Counted from the stretch's first letter, positions 53,200-62,459 are shown. The stretch is 64,000 nucleotides of DNA from Legionella sp. (GCF_047605385.1 NZ_JASGFU010000002.1:19419-83418); one strand, 5' to 3'. Made by a program: numbers and translations. The notes: a model not told the origin generated them from the sequence alone.

Positions 53200-54474
53200 A
53201 TGTGTGCAGCGCTTAATCAAAAGAAGAATTTTATATTCAGTACCCCAATAATTTATGCCGTGATGATTCTTTTAGGTATAGTCAGTGGTATGTCTAATCT
53301 GATGTTTTTAAAGGATCTTGGTTTATTACTTTCTGATTTATTTATTAAAATCTTTAAGTGTATTAGTTTGCCCATTATTTCTTTATCCATTATTGTGACT
53401 TTAGCAAACTACAGTTCTGATGGGTTAATGAAAAAGATTTGGCAGCGTACAATCAAATACACTTTTTCTACGACTATTATTGCTGCGATGATCAGTTGCA
53501 TACTTTATATTCTTATTCAGCCTAGTTCGGTACAGATAAGCGATGTTCCTCTTCAGCAATCGACTAATAACTTGGGTTATTTTGGCTATTTGACTAATAT
53601 TATTCCTACTAATTTATTATCACCTTTCCTTGAGCAACAAGTTATGGGTGTTTTATTTTTAAGTATTATTGTTGGGATTGCAATGCGACAAATTCCTGAT
53701 GTGGACTCTCGTGACACGGTTACTCGTTTTTTCCGCGGGATTCACGGCATGTTTTTGATCATGACGCGCTGGATTATTACTATTATTCCTTTAGGGTTGT
53801 TTGGCTTTATTACCTCAACAGTAGTGCAATTGCGTTCAGGAATGGACATCAAAGGTATAGGACAATATTTGCTAATTATTGTATTGGCAAATTTATTGCA
53901 AGGGTTTATTGTTTTACCTTTATGGCTTAAGAAAAATGGTATAAAGCCTTTTGCTGCCATGCGTTTTATGTTACCTGCATTATCCGTAGCATTTTTTTCC
54001 AAGTCTTCAGTGGGAACTTTGCCTGTGACCATGAACACGATTGAGAATAATCTACAGGTAAAGCCTGAGGTTAGCCGTTTTGTATTGCCTTTATGCACCA
54101 GTATTAATATGAATGGTTGTGCTGCATTTATTTTTGCTACTGTGATTTACCTTATGCAAAACCATGGGATGCCGATTTCTTATGCCACAATGGGATTATG
54201 GGTTATGGTGGCAACTGTAGCTGCAATTGGTAATGCGGGTGTTCCCATGGGCTGTTTTTTTCTTAGTATTAGTCTCTTATCCAGTATGAATGTTCCTATT
54301 GTATTGATGGGAGTTATTTTACCTTTCTATGGTTTAATCGATATGTTAGAAACGGCTTTGAATGTTTGGTCTGATGCGTGTGTGACCAAGATTGTTAATG
54401 ATAAGGCTATTGCGGAAGAAACCGGGGAAACTAAGCCTAAACGTCGATTGGTGATGATGCCTGAATTAGGATAG
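53200..54474 (+). CDS. DAACS-family amino acid:cation symporter, SstT-like (neutral small amino acids)
   Basis: 424 aa. ..FFSKSSVGTLPVTM.., ..CTSINMNGCAAF.., ..IDMLETALNVWSDA.. Glu replaces the substrate-carboxylate Arg of acidic-substrate carriers, and ETALN is as in SstT (from memory). Confidence 0.75.
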   Translation: MCAALNQKKNFIFSTPIIYAVMILLGIVSGMSNLMFLKDLGLLLSDLFIKIFKCISLPIISLSIIVTLANYSSDGLMKKIWQRTIKYTFSTTIIAAMISCILYILIQPSSVQISDVPLQQSTNNLGYFGYLTNIIPTNLLSPFLEQQVMGVLFLSIIVGIAMRQIPDVDSRDTVTRFFRGIHGMFLIMTRWIITIIPLGLFGFITSTVVQLRSGMDIKGIGQYLLIIVLANLLQGFIVLPLWLKKNGIKPFAAMRFMLPALSVAFFSKSSVGTLPVTMNTIENNLQVKPEVSRFVLPLCTSINMNGCAAFIFATVIYLMQNHGMPISYATMGLWVMVATVAAIGNAGVPMGCFFLSISLLSSMNVPIVLMGVILPFYGLIDMLETALNVWSDACVTKIVNDKAIAEETGETKPKRRLVMMPELG

Positions 54475-54486
54475 TCTTCTTTAATG

Positions 54487-54513
54487 GTGGAGCTAAAAAG
54501 CTCCACTTTTACT
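54487..54513. terminator. rho-independent terminator between convergent genes
   Basis: GTGGAGC / GCTCCAC stem, loop TAAAAA, then TTTTACTTTT. Confidence 0.7.
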
Positions 54514-54527
54514 TTTCTACGGAGCTA

Positions 54528-55391
54528 CTAGGCAGGTTTCAAGCAGCGATGATTTTCGTATTTATTACAATGATGCATGAAGTATTGCTTTAAACCAGAT
54601 ACAAACACTTCCTCACCACTGCTCATTAAGAAAATGCGTTCAGGCTGTAATTCGGTGTAATTAGAATCTCTGAGTATTCCTTTATACAACGCACCTGCAT
54701 AAGCAAATACCCACTTATTCAAGAAAGGTAAGACTAGCTCAGGATCGTTAGAATAGAAATTTTTATAGATATCAGTAAATAAAGTATTTTCCATCTCATA
54801 ATTATTTTTGAAGTAGAAATTGCTACGGTCGCGTCGATATTCTATAAAAGGAGGTTTTCCTGGTTTATTTTTCATTCCTGCTGCAGTACTTAAGGAAATA
54901 ACTAAACCTTTAGCGGATTCTATGTTGAATTGGGTTCCGAGGAAATTTGTACCATTATATTCTTGTAAAAATGAATTGAGAAAGGCTACAGCATTATCGT
55001 TTAGTGGATCAAAATAGCTGTTGATAACAAATTGAGTGGCAAGAAAGGTTTCTGGGTTATAATGGCAGCTGATGTAAATAGCATGAGCAAATTGATTGGT
55101 AGCAATATTGGCTACCAGAACTTTATTGATTTGTTCATTCACTACCGCACAATTTATTTGAAGCGCTTCAATGTTGGCTTCCATGCGAATGATCTGGGTT
55201 GGGTAATCAATACTGCGGTTAAATGATTTAAGTTGCTTTAAATTTCGGGGTTCATTTGTATAGATGAAGGTTTGCGTATTTTCTAGCTGGCTATTGGGGA
55301 CCAAGGACATGGTTTTTACTTTTTCTGAAGAGGAGCTAAAGGCGTAAAGCGGTAATAAAATCAGGGAAGTAACTAAATAATTAAATTTCAT
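54528..55391 (-). CDS. hypothetical secreted protein
   Basis: Signal peptide MKFNYLVTSLILLPLYAFS. 287 aa. No family recognised. Confidence 0.5.
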   Translation of the reverse strand: MKFNYLVTSLILLPLYAFSSSSEKVKTMSLVPNSQLENTQTFIYTNEPRNLKQLKSFNRSIDYPTQIIRMEANIEALQINCAVVNEQINKVLVANIATNQFAHAIYISCHYNPETFLATQFVINSYFDPLNDNAVAFLNSFLQEYNGTNFLGTQFNIESAKGLVISLSTAAGMKNKPGKPPFIEYRRDRSNFYFKNNYEMENTLFTDIYKNFYSNDPELVLPFLNKWVFAYAGALYKGILRDSNYTELQPERIFLMSSGEEVFVSGLKQYFMHHCNKYENHRCLKPA

Positions 55392-55621
55392 GACAAACTC
55401 CTTTTATACAATCCTCCATTACTCTTCATGGATCTGAGCATGTAGGGCTTACATTTTGAGTATAGATTAGTGTGTTTAAATTGAACATAGTGATTGTAAG
55501 TTCGAAAAAGAAATATTCTGTGAGAAATCTCTTGAGGTTATAGAAAATTTAAATGCGAATTACGGGTAAAATTCAGACCATAAAATTAGCTTTATAGGCA
55601 AAGATGTTACAATTGCTCTGG

Positions 55622-55657
55622 TAAAAATCCCTCAGCCTGCATGGTCACATGCGGCTG
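55622..55657 (-). terminator. rho-independent terminator after licD-like gene
   Basis: Minus strand: CAGCCGCATG / CATGCAGGCTG stem (one bulge) followed by AGGGATTTTTAC. Confidence 0.5.
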
Positions 55658-55701
55658 TAATAGCTTGCTTTTTGTAATAATTTCTTGTGAGAATCTATTC
55701 A

Positions 55702-56625
55702 TCAAATTGCGTTCTCACTTTGTTTATGAGATGGTTTACCTTCTACGCGGGAATGACAGGATTTTTGTCCGGAACAAGGATCTAAATACGGAATTAATTC
55801 TTTACAGTGCCGCATAACTCGCTGATTTTCTGGAGGTAAAGTTAAATAATCACCAAATTGCTGCGTCAAAATTTCTTTTGCATTGCAGGGAACATTAAAC
55901 AAAGAAGTTTCGAAGAGAACCTTTTTTAGAGGATAAATATCCTTTTTGTGAATAAAATTTTCTCCCACACAGTTGTAGCCGCGGCCAAGATAAGGGCTAT
56001 TGCTGGTGTTGGCTTTATGGATAATATTTTGTAATGAAGATTCCAGTATTGCAGTAGGTAAAAATTTTCCTAGAACTTTATATACGGATGCATGATGACC
56101 AATATTCACTACACCATATTTAGTACTCAATAAGCGAGAAATTTTTTTTGCCATAAATTTATAGCGCTTACGCAATTTAGCATCTTCTGGCATGCTGTCA
56201 TAAACAAAAACATCAATGAATATCCCTTGCACGTAGGGCTCATTGCCTTGTTCGTGTTTTTCAACATAATAACTGTGGCGATCACGGATTTTTAATGGTG
56301 TGGCCATATTAAAATAACCTGGGTCACTATGAATTGTTTGCAGCCAAATGTGCTCTGGTAATTCTTGAGGAGCAATACGCAAAAACTCTTCATAACTGGC
56401 TCTAGGCATGCCAATATCCATGTCATCATCCCAGGGAATGAATCCTTGATGACGAATTGCGCCTAAAAGAGTCCCTGCATCCAGCCAATAATCTAAACCA
56501 TGCTTTTGACAAAGGGCATCAACTGCTTTGAGCATGTTAAGCATTTTTAATTGTGCTTGTCTTAACCGGCCATCTGTAAGAGCAGTATCTGCAGAGTAGG
56601 GGGGCATTGTTGTTTTTAATTCCAT
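55702..56625 (-). CDS. LicD-family phosphotransferase (cholinephosphotransferase / fukutin-related nucleotidyltransferase fold)
   Basis: ..LDYWLDAGTLLGAIRHQGFIPWDDDMDIGM.. is the LicD signature. ATG 56625 is preferred over the track start at 56676. Confidence 0.75.
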   Translation of the reverse strand: MELKTTMPPYSADTALTDGRLRQAQLKMLNMLKAVDALCQKHGLDYWLDAGTLLGAIRHQGFIPWDDDMDIGMPRASYEEFLRIAPQELPEHIWLQTIHSDPGYFNMATPLKIRDRHSYYVEKHEQGNEPYVQGIFIDVFVYDSMPEDAKLRKRYKFMAKKISRLLSTKYGVVNIGHHASVYKVLGKFLPTAILESSLQNIIHKANTSNSPYLGRGYNCVGENFIHKKDIYPLKKVLFETSLFNVPCNAKEILTQQFGDYLTLPPENQRVMRHCKELIPYLDPCSGQKSCHSRVEGKPSHKQSENAI

Positions 56626-56959
56626 AGATCGATCTTTATTAAATCGACAATTTGTGATGCTAACAAAATATGCCAATAATCGTCAAGCGAAGTTGCAACA
56701 GGCTCGCATGTAATGACAATAGCTTAAAATTTTATGGATGCGTCTACGCTTTTCTCTGATTTCACCGTGCTCTTGAAGAAACTTGCCGGCAGCGGCCAGT
56801 TTTCATCTTTTAAAAAGAGCTTCTTTAAGGTAAAATTTATTCGGAGAATACATTAAAATATAAGATCTTAATATCACATAACACACCACAAGTCTGCAAC
56901 TTCGTTGGACTTAGCGCCGAGGTCGCCTTGATGATAATTAAAATGGATGTAATTTTTTT

Positions 56960-59246
56960 ATGGAAAAAAATAGTCAGAAGACAACTTTTATAAAGGTTAA
57001 TTTGCTTGTTTGTTTTTTTATTAGTGCCCTATTTATGCTTTCTAGCCAAACGGTATTGGCAGCAGTGCCTGGTGCACCAACTATAGGTATAGCCACGGCA
57101 GGTAATGCGCAAGCTACAGTTACTTTTACTGCACCGTCTAGCGATGGTGGTTTTCCAATTACTCAGTATACGGTAACCTCCTCTCCGGGAGGGTTAACTG
57201 GTACTGCTGCCTCTAGTCCAGTCACAGTAACTGGACTTACTAATGGTACATCCTATACATTCACCGTTACTGCGACCAATAGCTCTGGCACCGGTCCAGC
57301 CTCTGCCGCATCAAACAGTGTGATACCTCAGGCCTCACAAGTGATTACTTTTACTAATCCAGGGTCCCAAACTTATGGTACCTCTCCGACTTTAACTGCT
57401 ACGGCTAGCTCAGGGCTACCTGTAACGTTCACCTCATCCACAACCTCAGTATGTACTATTACTACAAGCGGAACATTAACCTTTATCTCATCGGGAACTT
57501 GTACTATCAATGCGAACCAGGCGGGTAACGCCGCTTATACCGCGGCACCACAGGTGATACAAAGCTTCTCTGTTATTAAAGCCTCACAAGTGATTACTTT
57601 TACTAATCCAGGGCCTCAAACTTATGGTACCTCTCCGACTTTAACTGCTACGGCTAGCTCAGGGCTACCTGTAACGTTCACCTCATCCACAATCTCAGTA
57701 TGTACTATTACTCCAGGCGGAACATTAACCTTTATCTCATCGGGAAACTGTACCATTACCGCGTCTCAAGCAGGCGATACAGACTATTCAGCTGCGCCAG
57801 ATGTAGTACAATCATTTAATGTAATCGCCTCACCAGCTCCTGTTGCTCCTACCTTAAATGCAACAGCTTCTGCGGGTGAAAAAATTGAAATCAATTTAAC
57901 TGCTACTGCCACTGGAGGGCCTTTTACTGGAGCAAATATAGTATCAATTTCTCCATCAAATGCAGGCATAGCCATTATTAGCAATGTAGGTTCTACTTAT
58001 ATATTAAGTTTTACATCTTCAGCTACTGCTGCAGGAACAGTAATAATTAAATACACTTTAAGTAATCAATATTCTACTTCAGTAGAGAGTGTTATAACTT
58101 TAACGGTAATTCCTCTTTTGAATCCATCCACGAATTCTGAGGTATCAGGTATATTAAATGCTCAGACTAAAGCTTCACGAAGCGTTATGTTAGGACAGAT
58201 AACCAATTTTCAACGTCGATTAGAAACTTTACACGACAAAAAATTTAAAAGCAGTATCAAAAATAACATATCATTTAATCCAATAAGCTCAAATGATAAT
58301 CGTCCATCTGCTTCTATTAATAATCAACCTTATAACTACTCCATACCCACGAATGATCTATTTTTTTCCGGGCCTTCCTCTAATTTAGGAAATGGTATCG
58401 CTCTTCCTGGGAACAGTAAGATATGGACAGATGGGGTGGTTAATTTTGGTAAAACCAAATTAGATAAAAATGATAATCAAATCAGCTTCACCACCGCGGG
58501 TATTAGTTATGGGTAGCGACATACAACTCAACAAGTCTTTTTTTATGGGAGTTGGTTTAGGTTATGGCCATGATTTGTCCGATATTGGTCAACAAGGGAG
58601 CCGTAGTCTTCTAAACAGTTACAATATTGCCTTATATGCGAGTTATCGCCCTTCCGATAAGATGTTTATTGATGTACTTTTAAGCAATCAATGGCTATCA
58701 TTTGAATCTCATCGTTATGTTAGTAATAATGGAAATATCATAAAAGGAAATCGTAATGGCAATCAACAATTCGGATTTTTATCGTTAGCTTTTGAGCAAT
58801 CAATTAATAAATTATTACTTTCTCCTTATGTCCGTTTGGATTTGGCAAATGCAAAACTGTACGCATATTCTGAAAAGGGAGCAGTATATAGTGTGTTAAA
58901 TTATCACCATCAATCAGTACAAACAACCCGAGGAAATTTAGGATTGCGAGGAGAGTTGCCTGTAAAAAAAGAGTACGGTATTTGGCTTCCGACGTTTCGT
59001 TTGGAGTATGGGCATGAATTTCAACGTGATGGCATGGCAGCGATGTTTTATCCTAACATATTAGGAAGTCCTGATTATTTTGTTTCTTTGCCTGGTTTAT
59101 CTAGAAATTATATTTTGTTTGGTCCGGGGCTTAAATTAGAAACATTAAAAGGCTGGTTACTACGATTTGAGTATCTTGATATAGTTAATAATGCGAGTTC
59201 AACGAATCAATCAGTACTCTTCGGCATTGAAAAAATATTTGCCTGA
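56960..59246 (+). pseudogene. frameshifted surface protein/autotransporter: signal peptide, Fn3 domain, two 83-aa repeats, passenger, C-terminal beta-barrel (ORFs 56960..58516 and 58470..59246)
   Basis: Fn3-like ..PGAPTIGIATAGNAQATVTFTAPSSDGGFPITQYTV..GTSYTFTVTATNSSGTG.. The barrel-like C-part is in a different frame. Reading ..ISFTTAGISYG|SDIQLNKSFFMGVGLGYG.. is restored by removing 1 nt near TAG 58514-58516. Confidence 0.65.
57332..57829 (+). repeat. in-frame tandem duplication, 2 x 249 bp
   Basis: The copies start at 57332 and 57581. The first ~190 bp differ at only about 5 positions by eye and the last ~60 bp have diverged. Confidence 0.85.
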
Positions 59247-59596
59247 CCTAACTATTCAATTGCGCTGTTTTAAGAGATTTTTAAAAGTCAGCGCTCTTAA
59301 ATGTTTCCGAATAAATCCTATTAAGACAACCTCTTATCTATTAGATACTTACATCTTTTTCAGCGTACATATCACATAGTGGGTTGGTTTCTCTTAAAAT
59401 GCTGAGAGTACCTTCACACTCAACGAAGTTGGCACTGAGCGAAGTGCATTGAGATCTTGTAAATTGATTTTTTTGAAATAAATGATGTATATTTATACAT
59501 AAAGATTTCTTTTAAATCATAAATTGGATATAATAATTACATCTAATTAAAAAATATCTTTGATTAAAAAAGAAGAATTGGAGCAGAAATATTATT

Positions 59597-60310
59597 ATGG
59601 AAGAAAATTATGCAACATATCATTGTAGTATTTGTAATAAAAACTATAAAAAATGTCACATTATTCCAAGTGAGATGATTAGTTCACAAATAACGAAAGA
59701 AATTAAAGATCTTTGTCCTGATTGGGATGTAGATCATTTCATTTGTCAAAATGATTTAGCATTGATCCGTTCTCGTTATATTGAGTCAATGCTTCTTGCT
59801 GAGAAAAGTGAATTAACCACATTAGATCGGACCGTTATAGACAAATTGTATAAGCAAGAGCTTTTGTCTAGCTATGTCGATGACAATATTGAAAATAATG
59901 CTTCTTTTCTAGATCGCTGTACAGATCAAATAGCTTTATTTGGAGGAAGCTGGTGGTTTTTAAGTGTATTTACACTGTTTCTTTTTATTTGGATTGGAGT
60001 CAATACTTTTTTATTTTGGTTAAAACCCATTGACCCATATCCTTATATTTTTCTTAATTTATTATTATCGTGTCTTACTGCAATTCAAGCACCTGTTATT
60101 ATGATGAGTCAAAATCGCAAAGAAGCCAAAGATCGAATTCGTACGCAACACGATTATCAAATTAACTTAAAAGCAGAACTTGAGATACGTCATTTACATG
60201 AGAAAATGGATCATTTACTATCACAGCAATGGGACAAAATGGTTAAAATACAAAAAATTCAAATCGAATTATTATCTGAACTTAATAAGAATAAAATTTC
60301 AGTGGACTAA
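59597..60310 (+). CDS. DUF1003-family membrane protein
   Basis: ..FGGSWWFLSVFTLFLFIWIGVNT..DPYPYIFLNLLLSCLTAIQAPVIMMSQNRKEAKDR..DYQINLKAELEI.. The N-terminal Cys-containing segment may be a Zn ribbon. Confidence 0.7.
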   Translation: MEENYATYHCSICNKNYKKCHIIPSEMISSQITKEIKDLCPDWDVDHFICQNDLALIRSRYIESMLLAEKSELTTLDRTVIDKLYKQELLSSYVDDNIENNASFLDRCTDQIALFGGSWWFLSVFTLFLFIWIGVNTFLFWLKPIDPYPYIFLNLLLSCLTAIQAPVIMMSQNRKEAKDRIRTQHDYQINLKAELEIRHLHEKMDHLLSQQWDKMVKIQKIQIELLSELNKNKISVD

Positions 60311-60512
60311 ATCTATAAACTGCGCCATATTTTGGAAAAATATCACGTAGGAAATGACAACTTAATTGTTATGATTAATAAGGGTACAAAGAGTAAAAAA
60401 AAGCCAAGATGGCATACAGAATGTTGCGTTAATAACATTGGAAAATATAATTAATAAGCAAAAGCAAGCCAATCTATTTGGATCACAACAACACTATAAA
60501 ATTTAGAATTTT

Positions 60513-61331
60513 ATGAATAGCATATCTAACAATATTGATCTTTTAATTAATGAGGCAAAGTTATCTCTTAATGAGACCCAATCTCTTCTATGTGAACTTC
60601 TTCAAGTAACAACTCACACTAACAATGAATGCTCTTCTGATGAAGATAAAATTTTCAAAATTCAATTAACGTTGCAATATCGTTTAAGCTGTGAAGATGC
60701 TTTGAGCTTTTTATTAAAACTGGATCATAATTTGTTATATTTTCTTGGAATTCAACCTTCACAGTCTGCCAAAATAAATATTGATCGATTAGCTTATGCT
60801 ATAGGAAATGAAGATTTAAAACAAATCTTAAACGTTTTAGCCATATTAACTGGCTCTCTTTCTAAAATTGTTGCTCATTATAAAAATACTCATACTTCTT
60901 TTGCATTAAAGGACAGAAGTTCTCACGAACATCACATAACAAAAAAATTATCCAGCCTACTTGTCAAACAAAATCAGTTTTTAGAAGTACTACACCAGCT
61001 TGATTCGGAAATTGAACAGCTCATAAAGCTACAAGCTGGTGAGCCTATTTTCGATTACATTGCTGCATTAAGAGGAGCAATTTCGCATTTTCATCAAATC
61101 ATCATCAATGGCCTTGAGCAGGGAAAGCAGTTGTACCTCCAAGTAAATAAAACGCCTTTGATTGACTATCAATTAAATACTTTGCTCAAGGATACGGAAC
61201 AAGTACTTCATTTAATGCCAAGTATCTATAACCCTCATTTAAATTATCCCATCAAACAGTTTGATCACCTGACTTCTGAACAATTAGAACAACGTGCTGC
61301 CGCAAAACGATTACAGCCTTTTTGGAAATAA
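60513..61331 (+). CDS. hypothetical helical protein (candidate effector)
   Basis: 272 aa, Leu/Gln-rich and predicted helical, with no TM segment or signal peptide. No family recognised. Confidence 0.45.
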   Translation: MNSISNNIDLLINEAKLSLNETQSLLCELLQVTTHTNNECSSDEDKIFKIQLTLQYRLSCEDALSFLLKLDHNLLYFLGIQPSQSAKINIDRLAYAIGNEDLKQILNVLAILTGSLSKIVAHYKNTHTSFALKDRSSHEHHITKKLSSLLVKQNQFLEVLHQLDSEIEQLIKLQAGEPIFDYIAALRGAISHFHQIIINGLEQGKQLYLQVNKTPLIDYQLNTLLKDTEQVLHLMPSIYNPHLNYPIKQFDHLTSEQLEQRAAAKRLQPFWK

Positions 61332-61685
61332 ACAAGAGGTATTATAGATTCTGTCTAAAATAGAAATCTCTAGTTTATAATTGGGGGAAGAATAATACCC
61401 GGTAACGAGGCATTTTTATTTTCGCGGAGTGGGCTGATATGTATTCTCCACTCATCTCATATGCTGACGATGTTCTGTGCCCTTACTCATGAGTTGAATG
61501 AGTTTATAACTTCTTAGTTTGTCCGTCACGATGAGTCGGGGTTTTGGATAACAGCTAATAGATTAGATAGAAAACGGATAGCCGACTTTTATTACGGCAC
61601 TTTTGTAGCAAGACGTCCAGCTGGGTCTTGCTCTAATATGTGTTTTCTTATAGTGTATATCTTTTTTTCACAAAATGAATTTTTT

Positions 61686-62267
61686 ATGAGTGATACCTGC
61701 AATTTAGAACAGATGCCATTATCTTCCTTAGCCAATGAAGTTGCTGCCTGTACTCGCTGCTCATTGCATAAAACGCGCAAGCAAACGGTTTTTGCTCGTG
61801 GTAGTACTAAAGCCAGACTAATGATCATTGGTGAAGCCCCGGGATTTTATGAGGATCAGCAAGGGAAACCCTTTGTGGGTAAAGCCGGTGGTTTGTTAAA
61901 TCAAATGATGCATAGTGTGGACATGCATGAAGAGGATTTTTATATTGCCAATGTTTTAAAATGTCGACCGCCTAATAATCGTGATCCACAAGCAGAAGAA
62001 ATTGTTCAATGCAGCGGCTATTTAGAACAACAAATTGCCCTCATTAATCCTTGTCTGATTCTTGCTTTAGGACGTTTTGCGGGTCAGTTTTTATTAAATA
62101 AGCCTCTAGCATTGCGACAATTACGCAATACAATTCATTATTACAAAAACATCCCCATTATCGTCAGTTATCACCCTGCTTATCTTCTACGTAATCCACG
62201 TGATAAGAAAAAGACATATCTTGATCTACTGTCAGTGAAAAATTTCTTAGAGGAAGTTAATAGTTAA
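61686..62267 (+). CDS. family 4 uracil-DNA glycosylase (Fe-S type)
   Basis: ..CTRCSLHKTRKQTVFARGSTKARLMIIGEAPG..EDQQGKPFVGKAG..NVLKCRPPNNRDP.. ATG 61686 is preferred over 61638. Confidence 0.85.
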   Translation: MSDTCNLEQMPLSSLANEVAACTRCSLHKTRKQTVFARGSTKARLMIIGEAPGFYEDQQGKPFVGKAGGLLNQMMHSVDMHEEDFYIANVLKCRPPNNRDPQAEEIVQCSGYLEQQIALINPCLILALGRFAGQFLLNKPLALRQLRNTIHYYKNIPIIVSYHPAYLLRNPRDKKKTYLDLLSVKNFLEEVNS

Positions 62268-62459
62268 TTATATTTTTATGCCCTCATTATTGTGTGGGAC
62301 GTGGTTTATTGGCTCATTGGTTTTGTTGCGAACCGAAGTTTTCCATGAATTGTAGCGGTTTTCAGAAAATGAGGTTACTGTGTGGGCAAATCCAGCAACA
62401 GCAAGCGTTAAGGTTGTGTTGATGGCCGTTCCGGTCGCTAGTCTAAGAAAGAAACGCAC
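62268..62459 (-). CDS. questionable small ORF (signal-peptide-like N-terminus)
   Basis: 63 codons with a GTG start, supported only by ORF length. Lies downstream of the 62544..63623 gene on the same strand. Confidence 0.2.
   Translation of the reverse strand: MRFFLRLATGTAINTTLTLAVAGFAHTVTSFSENRYNSWKTSVRNKTNEPINHVPHNNEGIKI

Noticed and set aside
57332-57829. CRISPR array or non-coding tandem repeat
   Set aside because: There are only two copies, they are directly adjacent with no spacers, the period is 249 bp, and they are in frame within a long ORF. This is a coding domain duplication.
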